This document shows, one piece after another, positions 36,294 through 46,426 of a stretch of 64,000 nt of DNA. The notes under the pieces were generated by a model. That model was not told the origin of the DNA. It searched no databases and saw nothing but the letters and a program-made list of their open reading frames with translations. The stretch's first letter is position 1, and every line of letters starts with the position of its first letter. Origin of the DNA: Escherichia phage EF202P1. The DNA lies in the sequence record OP172796.1, one strand, 5' to 3'. Made by a program: the position numbers and the translations under genes.

Positions 36294-38528
36294 ATGATTA
36301 AGACAATTAAAAAATCAAACGGTACAGTAGTAAACTTTGACCCAGAAAGACTGAATAAGTGGGCATCATGGGCAGATAAGCGTGGAATTATCTGGTCAGA
36401 AGTTACTATGGAAGCCATGAAACGTGTCTATGAGGGTTGCACTACAAAAGAGATGCACCAAGCCATGATTGATGTTTGTGTTGATAAGCAAACTCAAGAG
36501 TACTCAGACATGGCTGGACGGCTACTTCTGGGGATTATCTACAAAGAAGCCTTTGGAGGCTTTACTAAGGTTCCTACGCTGGTTACCTTCGTTAAAAATA
36601 TGGAGAGAGCAGGACTTTGGGAGAAGATGGACTATTCTCAGGAAGAGCTTGAATACCTGCAAGGGTACATTGTGCACTCAAAAGATATCTCTTATGGTTA
36701 TGCAGTCCTGAAACAGTTCAGAGACAAGTATGGTATCCGTGATATTAAAACGGGAAGACTTTTTGAGTCACCACAATTTATGTTTATGGGTATGGCTATG
36801 AAAGCCTTCGAGAAGCAACCAAAGCACCGTAGACTGCAAGATGTTATCAAGCTGTACACTTACCTATCTGACCTGAAGATTAATGCTCCTACGCCTTATC
36901 TGAATGGTTTAAGAGCTACTAAATCAGGTTATGCGTCATGCTGTTTGATTAAGGCGAATGATACCGCTGAATCTCTCGGTATTGCTGCAAAGGTTGCTTA
37001 TGATATGACTACAAAGCAAGCTGGCATTGGGATGCTGATGGAGACTCGTACTATTGGTGATGGTATCCGTCAAAATACTATTGAGCACATGGGTAAACTG
37101 CCTTATTACAAGCTTGTACGTTCATCTGTAGAGGCAAACAAACAGAAGAGCCGTGGTGGTTCAGCTAACAACTTCTACACCGCTCTAGACCCGCAGATTG
37201 AAGATTTACTGCGTTTGAAGCACCCTACAACGGTTCCTTCGAAACGTATTAACGAGATGGACTACTCATTTGGTACAAATGATTATTTCTGGCAGTGTGT
37301 TCAATATGATACAGACTGGTTGCTATTCTCTTACAAGGATGCACCAAAGCTCTATGACATGTTCTACACAGCATCTGCTGATGAGTTTGCTATGGCAGTT
37401 GGTCATGCAGTACATTCAGGTGTTAAGCACAGACGGGTGAAGGCTCGTGAAATTGCTAAACTGTTTATCCAGCAGCGTTATGCAACAGGCCGTGTGTATC
37501 CATTCTTCACAAATAATGCAAACACACATACACCATTTAAAGAGCCTTTGAAGATGTCAAACCTTTGTATGGAAATTGTGTTGCCAGTGTACGGCTTTGA
37601 GAAAGAGACAGACCTTTACAGAGATGATGCTGTGAAAGAGGATGGTGAGGTAGCTCTTTGCTTCCTAGCTAGTTTGGTTGCAGGGAGAATTTCAGAAGAT
37701 GAATACGCTGACGTTGCTTATTATGCTCTTGCAATGGTTGACTCCGTTATTGACCTTATGGATTATCCGTATCCGTCGATGCGCAACCATGTTCAGAAGC
37801 GTCGTTCTGTTGGGATTGGCCTTACAAATGTGGCTCATTACCTTGCGAAAAACTACGTGAACTACTCTTCAAGAGCAGGCAAGACAAAGCTTCACGAACT
37901 TGCAGAGATGCACTCTTACTATCTGCATGAAGCTTCTCTAAGACTTGCTAAAGAGCGCGGTGTACCTGAATACATGAAGTTCACTAAGTATCCTGAAGGT
38001 TGGGTTCCTCCGAAGACAGCTAACAAGAAGATTGATGAGAAGCATGATGCAAAACTAAGATATGATTGGGATGACTTAGCACAACGTATTAAAGAAAATG
38101 GTGGAATCCGTAACTCTGTATTAGAAGCTTACATGCCTAATGAGAGTTCTTCACTGGCAACTAATACGACAAATGGCTTGTACCCAATTCGTGACTTTAT
38201 TTTAACTAAAAAGTCTGCAACTGGTAACGTACTGTTTATTGTTCCAGATTACGAAGAGTTGAAGTATGTCTATGAAATTGCTTGGGATATTGACACCTTT
38301 GACCTAATTGATTGCTATGCAATTGTTCAAAAGTTCACTGGTCAAGCTATCTCTTCAGATTTCTATGTTGACTACGCAAAAGCTAAGAAGGTATCATTGG
38401 CTCAAGCTTTGAAGTACATGATTTATGCCAACTCAGTAGGTATGAAAACCATGTACTACCTTAACAGTCGCATTGGTGTAGGTAAATCTGCACTGCAAGA
38501 TGCTTATTGCGAGGGTTGTGGTGTTTAG
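36294..38528 (+). CDS. nrdA: ribonucleoside-diphosphate reductase large subunit (class Ia)
   Basis: 744 aa, N-terminal ATP-cone-like region, followed by NrdB and glutaredoxin genes. Confidence 0.9.
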   Translation: MIKTIKKSNGTVVNFDPERLNKWASWADKRGIIWSEVTMEAMKRVYEGCTTKEMHQAMIDVCVDKQTQEYSDMAGRLLLGIIYKEAFGGFTKVPTLVTFVKNMERAGLWEKMDYSQEELEYLQGYIVHSKDISYGYAVLKQFRDKYGIRDIKTGRLFESPQFMFMGMAMKAFEKQPKHRRLQDVIKLYTYLSDLKINAPTPYLNGLRATKSGYASCCLIKANDTAESLGIAAKVAYDMTTKQAGIGMLMETRTIGDGIRQNTIEHMGKLPYYKLVRSSVEANKQKSRGGSANNFYTALDPQIEDLLRLKHPTTVPSKRINEMDYSFGTNDYFWQCVQYDTDWLLFSYKDAPKLYDMFYTASADEFAMAVGHAVHSGVKHRRVKAREIAKLFIQQRYATGRVYPFFTNNANTHTPFKEPLKMSNLCMEIVLPVYGFEKETDLYRDDAVKEDGEVALCFLASLVAGRISEDEYADVAYYALAMVDSVIDLMDYPYPSMRNHVQKRRSVGIGLTNVAHYLAKNYVNYSSRAGKTKLHELAEMHSYYLHEASLRLAKERGVPEYMKFTKYPEGWVPPKTANKKIDEKHDAKLRYDWDDLAQRIKENGGIRNSVLEAYMPNESSSLATNTTNGLYPIRDFILTKKSATGNVLFIVPDYEELKYVYEIAWDIDTFDLIDCYAIVQKFTGQAISSDFYVDYAKAKKVSLAQALKYMIYANSVGMKTMYYLNSRIGVGKSALQDAYCEGCGV

Positions 38529-38583
38529 TTTTAATAACTATGAGGGTCGTAAAAGACCCTCTAAAATTAACTTTGGAGAAACT

Positions 38584-38859
38584 ATGAAAGAACTCATTGA
38601 AGATGCAAAAAACAGGGAACCAAACTGTGCTTTGTATCTGTATTATACTCCAAGAGAGTCTTTATATTATATTGCAGATTATCACCTGAAAGTTAAAATG
38701 CCAGATGGTTCTTGGAAAGAACATCTTCGTTACATTGATTGCTTTAATCCAAGCAATACTTATGCAAGGTCTCTTGACATGTTTAAAGTTGACCGCTGGC
38801 AAGTTTTAACAGCGTCAGAAGCCAGAGAATTTTACGAAACAGGAAAATTACCAGAATGA
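38584..38859 (+). CDS. hypothetical protein between nrdA and nrdB
   Basis: 91 aa from ATG with GGAGAA RBS. Confidence 0.35.
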   Translation: MKELIEDAKNREPNCALYLYYTPRESLYYIADYHLKVKMPDGSWKEHLRYIDCFNPSNTYARSLDMFKVDRWQVLTASEAREFYETGKLPE

Positions 38860-39929
38860 TTAACCAACACCCAATCTTTTTAGGTGGTGAGAGAAAGACG
38901 TTTGACTCACTTAATAAACACTACCCAAAAATCTTTGAACTATATAAACAACAAAAAGCACAAGACTGGTCAGAAGATGAGTTCCCTTTTGAACAATCAC
39001 GTCTTGATTTTGAAAGTGTCCCAGCATCAATGTCAGGTGTAATGCTTGAGATTCTTAAGTGGCAGTGGGAAGCAGATACCCAAGTTGCTAAGAGTTTAGC
39101 GTTTGCCTTTGCACCATTCATCTCTGATGACATTTATGCAACTGCAATTATGAAGCAGTCTGAGATTGAAAACCTACATGCTCTTACTTACTCGGAGATT
39201 GTAAGACAATGTATTAAAAATCCTGAAACAATCTTAGATGAGATTAACCAGAACATTGCTGTACAAGACCGATTAAAAACTGTGAATCGTGTTCTTGAAG
39301 AATTACTGGATGAAGGTATAAACTATCGGCTGAGTTATGTTCGTGACTCACTTCTGGACAAAGACCCTTTACACTTCCATAAAGTGATTCTAAAAGGTCT
39401 ATTTGCAGTGACTGCACTTGAAGGTATCTCTTTTATGGCATCCTTTGCATGTACTTTTGCACTTGATGCTCAAGATAAATTTCAAGGTATTGCTCAAGCT
39501 GTACAGAAAATTATGCTTGACGAAATCCTTCACACTAAAATTGATATTGAAGTTTTAAAAGAAACTTTAAGAGATGATGAGTGGCAAAAAGCTTTCCAAC
39601 AAATTCTTCCAGAGATTAAAGTAATCTTAGATGAAGTAGTTGAAAGTGAAGAAAAATGGTCGTATTATATCTTCTCCGAAGGACGTGCTGTAGTTGGTTT
39701 AAATACAAAGCTTCTTCATGAGTGGGTTTACTATAATGCTGCCCCACTGTATGATATGTTTGGCATTCCCAGAGATTTTGTAGCTCCTAAAGAACCACCT
39801 TTGAAGTATATGATTAAGAAGATGGAAATTGATAAAGAGCAGAATGCTAATCAGGAGCAACAGAACGGTGCGTATTTATTGAATACTGTTGTCGATGATT
39901 TGAATAGTGGATTTTTAGAGGTTCCTTAA
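38856..39929 (+). CDS. nrdB: ribonucleoside-diphosphate reductase small subunit
   Basis: 357 aa, size and position after nrdA. Confidence 0.85.
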   Translation: MINQHPIFLGGERKTFDSLNKHYPKIFELYKQQKAQDWSEDEFPFEQSRLDFESVPASMSGVMLEILKWQWEADTQVAKSLAFAFAPFISDDIYATAIMKQSEIENLHALTYSEIVRQCIKNPETILDEINQNIAVQDRLKTVNRVLEELLDEGINYRLSYVRDSLLDKDPLHFHKVILKGLFAVTALEGISFMASFACTFALDAQDKFQGIAQAVQKIMLDEILHTKIDIEVLKETLRDDEWQKAFQQILPEIKVILDEVVESEEKWSYYIFSEGRAVVGLNTKLLHEWVYYNAAPLYDMFGIPRDFVAPKEPPLKYMIKKMEIDKEQNANQEQQNGAYLLNTVVDDLNSGFLEVP

Positions 39930-40171
39930 TGACTTATGTAATTTACTCCAAAACTGGATGCCCTCAGTGTGAGACTGCAAAGAATTTTGCAAAAGCTCGT
40001 GGTATTGACCATGTTGTGAGAATGTTAGGGCAGGATTATGAACTGTCAGACCTGATGGATATTGCACAGATGCCAGTTCGTCAGATGCCATTCATCATGA
40101 AAACTGATGGTCAAAATCTAAAACCTGTTGGAACGCTACAGAATTTTATGGCAGAGGTGAATAATGCTTAA
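39929..40171 (+). CDS. glutaredoxin (NrdH/Grx-like)
   Basis: CPQC active site in MTYVIYSKTGCPQCETAK. Confidence 0.75.
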   Translation: MTYVIYSKTGCPQCETAKNFAKARGIDHVVRMLGQDYELSDLMDIAQMPVRQMPFIMKTDGQNLKPVGTLQNFMAEVNNA

Positions 40172-40370
40172 ACGCCTTTGGGAAGGCTTGGTTGTTGATG
40201 CACCAGCCATTGTGATTGGTATGCTTATTGTTAACCTATTTACTGATTTTGAACAAGGTTCATTGTTTGGAGCCATGTTACTATGGGTTATCTTTGAAAT
40301 ATTAGAGATACAGCTAGGCATCACTGAAAAACTAAGAAAATTCGTTTCAAAGTTTTCTAAAAAGATTTAA
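40164..40370 (+). CDS. small membrane protein
   Basis: Two hydrophobic segments. Confidence 0.3.
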   Translation: MLKRLWEGLVVDAPAIVIGMLIVNLFTDFEQGSLFGAMLLWVIFEILEIQLGITEKLRKFVSKFSKKI

Positions 40371-40377
40371 AATGAAA

Positions 40378-40400
40378 GGGTCTCTTCGGAGACCTTTTTA
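40378..40400 (+). terminator. intrinsic terminator upstream of nrdD
   Basis: GGTCTC-TTCG-GAGACC then TTTTT. Confidence 0.7.
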
Positions 40401-40418
40401 GCATGTAAAGGGGCAATA

Positions 40419-42563
40419 ATGAACAAAGTACAGATTATTAAAAAGAATGGCTCACTTGAAGAACCTGATATCAAAAAAGTTTTAGCAGCAGTAACTAAGT
40501 CAGCTAACAGGGTTGGGTATAAAGAACTTCCCCCAGATGTTACCCAAGCTCTTGAGTCAGCATTTATGAGGATTCTGGTGAAGTCCACTAAGCAGAATAA
40601 TTTGCTCATCTCGGTAAATGACATTCACAGTATTGTTGAGGGTGCTTTGGCAGAAGTCAATCACGAGATTTATGAGTCTTACTCAACATACAGAAATTAC
40701 CGTAAAGAGGTTGCTCAAAATTGGGATGAGCTTTACCAAAAGACCAGAGACACACTCTTCTTAGGTGACCGTGAAAATGCTAACTTTGACAGCAGTTTAA
40801 TTTCTACAAAAGGTTCAATTATTCGTGGCTATCTGACTAAAGAAATCTTTAAACAATACCATTTAACACCAGAGGAACTCGAAGCCATTGAAAAAGGGTT
40901 TATCTACATCCATGACTTAAGAGACCTAATTTTTGGTGGTATCAACTGTTGCCTGTTTGACATCGGTAAAGTACTGAAAGGTGGCTTTGAAATGTCTGGT
41001 ATCGAATACTGTGAACCGAAATCTGTACTGTCATCCTTACAGGTTATCGGTGATGTAGTTCTTTCAGCAACTGCACAGCAATTTGGTGGTTTTACTTTAG
41101 CAGAGATTGATAAGGTGCTTGTACCGTATGCTAAGAAGTCTCTACGCTATCATGCTGAGAAAGCAGCATCTTACGGTATTCCTAAAGAACATTACCACAA
41201 TTATGTCATGGAGCAGCTACAGCTTGAATTAACTCAAGGCTTCCAGTCACTAGAGATGAAGCTAAATACTGTACCTTGTAGCCGTGGTGATTTCGCATTC
41301 ACAACTTTAACATTTGGTTTACTTGACTCAGATATGTCTAATGAAGACAACCGACTACAATACATGATTGCAAACACTATTCTTGATGTTCGCATGAATG
41401 GACAAGGTAAGAGCAAGAAGCCTGTTGTATTCCCTAAACTGGTTTATATTCATGACCAGAAGAGACACGATGAGAATATCTGTCAAGGTCAACTGTACAG
41501 TAAAGCTATTGAGTGTTGCTCTAAAGCAATGTATCCAGATTTCTTAAGCGTCTCTGGTCATGGTGCTGTAGCAGAAGCTTTTGAGCGTTCTGGCAAGGTA
41601 ATTTCACCGATGGGTTGCAGAGCCTTCTTATCTCCATATCTTAATGAGGATGGGGAAGAGTTCTATGTTGGTCGTGCTAACATTGGTGCTGTATCTTTGA
41701 ACTTGCCAATGATTTACCAGTATTCTAAAGAGAATGGTTTAGATTTCTGGAAAGAGCTTGATAAGTACCTAGAGATGATTCGCAGCTTCCACAAGAAACG
41801 CTACGAAATGATTGCTAATATGCCAGCAAGTTCTAACCCTCTTGCATTCACACAAGGTGGTCTGTACAAAGGGACTAAGAAACCTACTGACAAGGTTGGT
41901 TGGGATATCGTGAAGTCCTTCACAGCTTCTTTTGGGGTTACTGCTCTTGATGAGTTGTCTGTTCTTGCTGAAGGTAAACGACTTCATGAAGTTGGAAGCT
42001 ATAGTTTTGCATACGATGTTCTGGCATACATTAACATGAAAACTGAAGAGTTTAAGAACGAAGATGGCTTCTTGTATGCGGTATATGGCACTCCAGCAGA
42101 ATCACTTTGTGGAACTCAGTTAAAACAGTTCAGGGATATGTTTGGCGTTATTAAAGGTGTCTCTGACAAGGAATATTTTACAAACAGTTTCCATATGAAT
42201 GTTGCAGCAGATATCTCACCATTTGAGAAGCAGGACTTAGAAGAGCCATTCTTCCATATCTGTAGAGGCGGCAGAATCCAGTATGTGAGGGTAGCTAACC
42301 CAGAAAACTTACCAGCACTTAAAAGTTGTATTACAAGAGGGATGTTGAAGGGTTTTTATCAGGGACTTAACTTTGACTTAGCAACCTGCGAACATTGTGG
42401 CAACAGACCAAAGGCTGATGTTGAAGAATGTGAGGTTTGCCATTCACATGACATCTCTGTGATTAACAGAGTGTGTGGGTATCTTGGGTGGACTAAGATT
42501 AAAGGTGAATCCCGAATGAATGATGCAAAAATTGCTGAGATTCGTGACAGGGTTTCTATGTAA
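40419..42563 (+). CDS. nrdD: anaerobic ribonucleoside-triphosphate reductase (class III)
   Basis: 714 aa, C-terminal Cys cluster and glycyl-radical region (CEHCG...CEVC...RVCGYLG). Confidence 0.9.
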   Translation: MNKVQIIKKNGSLEEPDIKKVLAAVTKSANRVGYKELPPDVTQALESAFMRILVKSTKQNNLLISVNDIHSIVEGALAEVNHEIYESYSTYRNYRKEVAQNWDELYQKTRDTLFLGDRENANFDSSLISTKGSIIRGYLTKEIFKQYHLTPEELEAIEKGFIYIHDLRDLIFGGINCCLFDIGKVLKGGFEMSGIEYCEPKSVLSSLQVIGDVVLSATAQQFGGFTLAEIDKVLVPYAKKSLRYHAEKAASYGIPKEHYHNYVMEQLQLELTQGFQSLEMKLNTVPCSRGDFAFTTLTFGLLDSDMSNEDNRLQYMIANTILDVRMNGQGKSKKPVVFPKLVYIHDQKRHDENICQGQLYSKAIECCSKAMYPDFLSVSGHGAVAEAFERSGKVISPMGCRAFLSPYLNEDGEEFYVGRANIGAVSLNLPMIYQYSKENGLDFWKELDKYLEMIRSFHKKRYEMIANMPASSNPLAFTQGGLYKGTKKPTDKVGWDIVKSFTASFGVTALDELSVLAEGKRLHEVGSYSFAYDVLAYINMKTEEFKNEDGFLYAVYGTPAESLCGTQLKQFRDMFGVIKGVSDKEYFTNSFHMNVAADISPFEKQDLEEPFFHICRGGRIQYVRVANPENLPALKSCITRGMLKGFYQGLNFDLATCEHCGNRPKADVEECEVCHSHDISVINRVCGYLGWTKIKGESRMNDAKIAEIRDRVSM

Positions 42564-42572
42564 AACTTGACA

Positions 42573-42612
42573 AGGTGGTGTGGGTCTTGATAGGCTTACA
42601 TCACCTTTTTTA
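42573..42612 (+). terminator. candidate terminator after nrdD
   Basis: AGGTGGTG ... CATCACCT then TTTTTT (long loop). Confidence 0.4.
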
Positions 42613-42717
42613 TTGGATGTTAGATATGGCAGAGAGCATCATTGGCCTGTTCATAGGTTCTGTTTTACTAGGGTTCTTTTTAGGACTCTCTTATTGTGAG
42701 TTGAGAGATAAGTTAAA

Positions 42718-42918
42718 ATGTTTAAAATATCAAAAACATTGATATACATACTCCACATTCTAATCTTCTTCTTTGGGGTTAGTGTTATGGTATGGGGTTT
42801 TTCAGACCCACAATGGAGTTTTGCATATCATGGTCAGATGGATTTATGGTCATGCTTCAAACCATTTTTAGGGTTAGCTATAGCATTCAGTGCATTACCA
42901 ACTAAGGTGAAATTATGA
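42718..42918 (+). CDS. small membrane protein
   Basis: Hydrophobic 66-aa ORF. Confidence 0.3.
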   Translation: MFKISKTLIYILHILIFFFGVSVMVWGFSDPQWSFAYHGQMDLWSCFKPFLGLAIAFSALPTKVKL

Positions 42919-43310
42919 TTAAGCTCAACCAGAAACAGTTAGAGTGGATTAAAGATTATGCCTCAGAGTGTGGCTCTTGTGAGAAGAATCACGTAAGGTA
43001 CTCAACATTCCATACAGTTTTCACATTGTATATCAGTGACAACGTTCTAAGTGATTCTGTAGAAGATGGTGTAGCGTTGCCTAATGAATTGCTTGACAAA
43101 TTAGCTGTAGTCACTGGAACTTGGTCTGAAGAAGATGGTCATGAACTATCTGGTGATGTTGTCTTCTACACCCTTGAAAACATCATGAATCCAGAGTACA
43201 TTATGCTAATGACTTGTGCACAAGACTGTGTGCCACTACAGGACTTCATTAAAGAACACTGTGAAGAATTTATTACTAAACAGGTTCCTTGTCAGGTGGT
43301 GATTGAATGA
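42915..43310 (+). CDS. hypothetical protein
   Basis: ORF between nrdD and nrdG. Confidence 0.4.
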   Translation: MIKLNQKQLEWIKDYASECGSCEKNHVRYSTFHTVFTLYISDNVLSDSVEDGVALPNELLDKLAVVTGTWSEEDGHELSGDVVFYTLENIMNPEYIMLMTCAQDCVPLQDFIKEHCEEFITKQVPCQVVIE

Positions 43311-43345
43311 GTAAAACAATTAAATAATATTGGTGAGGTAACGAG

Positions 43346-43831
43346 ATGAATTACATGGAGATTCGACCATTTGACACAGCTAATGGTGAAGGGGTTCGGA
43401 TAAGCCTCTTCGTAGCTGGCTGTAAACATCACTGTGAAGGCTGCTTTAACAGGGAGTCTTGGAAGTTTAATGCTGGTAAAGAGTTTACTTATGCAAACCT
43501 CTACGGCATCATTAAATTAATGGATGATGAGGCCATCAGTGGGTTGTCAATACTTGGCGGAGAGCCTCTTGATGACAGAAACATTCAAGAAGTCACCAAC
43601 ATATGTAAACGTATTAAAACTGTTTACCCAGAAAAATCTATATGGCTTTGGACAGGTTTTCAGTTACACGAAAAAATCCACCTCGATGTGATGAAATATG
43701 TTGACGTGGTGATTGATGGTAAGTATGATTCTTCTAAACCAACAGTTAAACCTTATCGTGGCTCTGATAACCAAAACCTCTGGAGAAAAGAGTATGGGTG
43801 GCAAGGTGATTGTCAATGGCGAGCAGAGTAG
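43346..43831 (+). CDS. nrdG: anaerobic ribonucleotide reductase activating protein (radical SAM)
   Basis: CKHHCEGC (CxxxCxxC) radical-SAM cluster motif; 161 aa. Confidence 0.8.
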   Translation: MNYMEIRPFDTANGEGVRISLFVAGCKHHCEGCFNRESWKFNAGKEFTYANLYGIIKLMDDEAISGLSILGGEPLDDRNIQEVTNICKRIKTVYPEKSIWLWTGFQLHEKIHLDVMKYVDVVIDGKYDSSKPTVKPYRGSDNQNLWRKEYGWQGDCQWRAE

Positions 43832-44063
43832 TATAGCAGGGCTATACACATACAACAGTGAGTTATTAGATGAGTGGACTAAGTTTACATCTGATAACCA
43901 CGGGAAGGATGGTTTAGAATCTCTTGCTTGTATAGTTGGAGCAGGTGTATTTCTAGTCTTAGATGAAAAGTTTGGAGAGTACTACAAAACAAACCTCTTT
44001 TGTGGAATGTGGAGAGTCGGTATTACTCCAGAAGAGTTAATCAACTTCTGTATAAAAGTTTGA
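43794..44063 (+). CDS. hypothetical protein
   Basis: ORF overlapping nrdG 3' end; start uncertain. Confidence 0.25.
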   Translation: MGGKVIVNGEQSSIAGLYTYNSELLDEWTKFTSDNHGKDGLESLACIVGAGVFLVLDEKFGEYYKTNLFCGMWRVGITPEELINFCIKV

Positions 44064-44074
44064 GAGATAGTGAA

Positions 44075-44332
44075 ATGGGAATATGGAATAGTTTTAAATC
44101 AAAAGTAAAAGCAGCATTGGCATCATTAGGTATGCTCACTGGTGTTGATGTGACCCATCTTATGCAAAACTTCAAGATGGATGAGAATCTGGCTAATGAG
44201 ATTATGAAAAGCATCTACGTAGGTCGTGGTAAAGGTGGTAAGAAACAAGCACATCGACCAACTGGTGCAGCAGCAATTAAACGTGCAGCTAAAAAAGCTC
44301 GTAACCGTAAACGTAACAAGAAGGCTAAATAA
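44075..44332 (+). CDS. small protein with highly basic C-terminus
   Basis: C-terminus GRGKGGKKQAHRPTGAAAIKRAAKKARNRKRNKKAK. Confidence 0.35.
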   Translation: MGIWNSFKSKVKAALASLGMLTGVDVTHLMQNFKMDENLANEIMKSIYVGRGKGGKKQAHRPTGAAAIKRAAKKARNRKRNKKAK

Positions 44333-44334
44333 TC

Positions 44335-44646
44335 ATGAGCAAAGTTTATAACACTCGTAAAATTCAGATTTCTGTTCTGTGTCAGTTTATGGCTGATAAA
44401 CACAATTCACATTATTGTGGCACAGGTTTCCTTACTCTTGGTGGCGGTTACATTAGCTTCAAAGAGGCTGTAAAGATGTACAATGAGCACCCTGAAGATG
44501 ATAAAGAGCTGAAGCAGCTTAAACTCTCTTATGATAAGAAACGTAAGAAAATAATCTGCTTGAACAACCTTATCAAGCCAACTGAAAAGGTCTATGATGC
44601 AATTGGCGAAGAAGGTTTCTTCAAAGTATTGAAATTAGTTCAGTAA
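44335..44646 (+). CDS. hypothetical protein
   Basis: ORF followed by terminator. Confidence 0.4.
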   Translation: MSKVYNTRKIQISVLCQFMADKHNSHYCGTGFLTLGGGYISFKEAVKMYNEHPEDDKELKQLKLSYDKKRKKIICLNNLIKPTEKVYDAIGEEGFFKVLKLVQ

Positions 44647-44659
44647 GAATCTATGATTA

Positions 44660-44688
44660 GGGAACTGTAAAGGTTCCCTTTTTTATTT
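44660..44688 (+). terminator. intrinsic terminator
   Basis: GGGAAC-TGTAAAG-GTTCCC then TTTTTT. Confidence 0.7.
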
Positions 44689-44698
44689 TGGAGATAAT

Positions 44699-45214
44699 AT
44701 GTACCTGTCAAACCTGAAACGTTCGGCTGCAATGTCAGTGTTAAGGCTCAGCTTTGAGGAACGTCAAGAGTTCATTGACTCCCACCAATACGACCCTTCT
44801 AACTCAAATCACATGATTCTCTGGAATCGTGATAACTTCCGTGAAAGAGCACTTGTCCGTTATTACCCACACTACACAATAGATAACCTGTATGAATGGT
44901 GTGTTGTGAAGAACACTATTGCAACACTTAACAATCTTTGCAGGTATACAGGCAAGCAAACATTTACACTAGGTCACCACAAGCCTGTTACAAAAGGTGG
45001 TGAACATCACTGTGCAAACTGGTTTATCCAAACTAAAGCTGATAACCAGAAGCAAGGAGATAGACTCCTAAGCATCCCTAAGATGACCTATGAAGAGCAA
45101 GAGAAATATATCAAAAATAATATGCCAGATGTGCTTGACAACAACTATACAGATTTGGCAATATCTCTCCTGTTGAAGTTTGAGACAGTTTATAGGGCAA
45201 CTTACAATGGCTAA
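44699..45214 (+). CDS. HNH endonuclease
   Basis: HNH motif LGHHKPVTKGGEHHCANWFIQTKADNQKQGD. Confidence 0.7.
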   Translation: MYLSNLKRSAAMSVLRLSFEERQEFIDSHQYDPSNSNHMILWNRDNFRERALVRYYPHYTIDNLYEWCVVKNTIATLNNLCRYTGKQTFTLGHHKPVTKGGEHHCANWFIQTKADNQKQGDRLLSIPKMTYEEQEKYIKNNMPDVLDNNYTDLAISLLLKFETVYRATYNG

Positions 45215-45485
45215 AGCAGATTGGGAAATAAAAGACCTAATAAGTGATGCTGGAAATGGTTGTGAGATGTATATGATTCGTGGTCATGTACCAGACCCAT
45301 TAGCTCTTGAGATGATTGACCATCACACAAATGGATTCTACAAAGAACTAGGTGAACCAAATGTTGAACGCACTTGGACAAAACCAGTACCAGATAGCAC
45401 AGGCAACTGTTCAGTCCTCTATCACATTGTGAATCCACAAAAATGCAAAACAGCTATGGCTGTGACATTCGTAACTTTTGATTGA
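45207..45485 (+). CDS. hypothetical protein
   Basis: ORF overlapping HNH 3' end. Confidence 0.35.
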   Translation: MAKADWEIKDLISDAGNGCEMYMIRGHVPDPLALEMIDHHTNGFYKELGEPNVERTWTKPVPDSTGNCSVLYHIVNPQKCKTAMAVTFVTFD

Positions 45486-45497
45486 GAGAGAAAAACT

Positions 45498-46379
45498 ATG
45501 AAAACATCTATCCGTGTTATAATTCATTCACCGACAAAAGGGTCTCATGAAGAAGAGTTTAACATCATCCAGTTCCCTTCTGGTGAGATTGGTGGACACT
45601 TTTCACAAGAGCTTGTTGACTTTACTGCTCACGCAGCATCATCCATCAACAATGTGATTATGATTGTAAAAGGTTATGATAAAGACACATTGTTTGCTGT
45701 GGCACTTGCTAAAGAAGCAATTGATGATTTAGTTCCTCATGAATATGCCTTAAAGACTGTCATCTTTTACTACTTACCAAATGCACGATATGACCGTCAC
45801 ATGTTTAAAGGTGATGCAGCAGCTTTGAAGGTTTTTGCTAAACAGGTTAATGCAATGGGGTTTGGTGCGGTCTGTGCAGTTGACCCTCACAGTTATGTGC
45901 CAGATAACTTGTTTAACTGCTTCCAAAGTATTCCTCAAAATGAAATTGCAGTCCACTATGCAAATGACCCACTGGTTGATTACTTAGTAGCCCCAGATGC
46001 AGGTGCTTCTAAGAAGATTGCAGAGACTGCTAAAGAGGTGGATAAACCATACATCACAATGTCTAAAGTACGTAACCTTCAGACTGGTGAAATTACTGGT
46101 ATGCGAATCCTTGATGATGTGGATTTGACAGATAAAACTGTCATGATTCTTGATGATATCTGTGATGGTGGTCGAACCTTCATAGAAGCAGCTAAACATC
46201 TTCGTGAAGCAGGTGCAAAGCGTGTGGAACTCTATGTAACACATGGTATCTTCTCTAAAGGTGTTGAAAACCTTCTTGACAATGGTATTGACCACATCTA
46301 CACTACAAACTCTTTAGGGGAAGCTAAAGACCGTGGTTTAACACATTATGGTCAAGTGACTGTAGCAAACCTTGATTAA
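45498..46379 (+). CDS. ribose-phosphate pyrophosphokinase family protein (PRPP synthetase-like; candidate ADP-ribose pyrophosphokinase Adps)
   Basis: PRPP-binding loop VMILDDICDGGRT and Prs-like fold; adjacent to NAMPT-like gene. Confidence 0.8.
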   Translation: MKTSIRVIIHSPTKGSHEEEFNIIQFPSGEIGGHFSQELVDFTAHAASSINNVIMIVKGYDKDTLFAVALAKEAIDDLVPHEYALKTVIFYYLPNARYDRHMFKGDAAALKVFAKQVNAMGFGAVCAVDPHSYVPDNLFNCFQSIPQNEIAVHYANDPLVDYLVAPDAGASKKIAETAKEVDKPYITMSKVRNLQTGEITGMRILDDVDLTDKTVMILDDICDGGRTFIEAAKHLREAGAKRVELYVTHGIFSKGVENLLDNGIDHIYTTNSLGEAKDRGLTHYGQVTVANLD

Positions 46380-46388
46380 AACTTTATA

Positions 46389-46410
46389 GGGGGCTTTTAA
46401 GCCCCATTTT
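46389..46410 (+). terminator. hairpin/terminator between Prs-like and NAMPT-like genes
   Basis: GGGGCT-TTTA-AGCCCC then ATTTT. Confidence 0.55.
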
Positions 46411-46426
46411 GAGAGAGATTAAAAAG

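Noticed and set aside
38584-38859. ORF between nrdA and nrdB as an intron-encoded homing endonuclease
   Set aside because: No GIY-YIG, HNH or LAGLIDADG motif, and nrdA and nrdB appear intact and uninterrupted.
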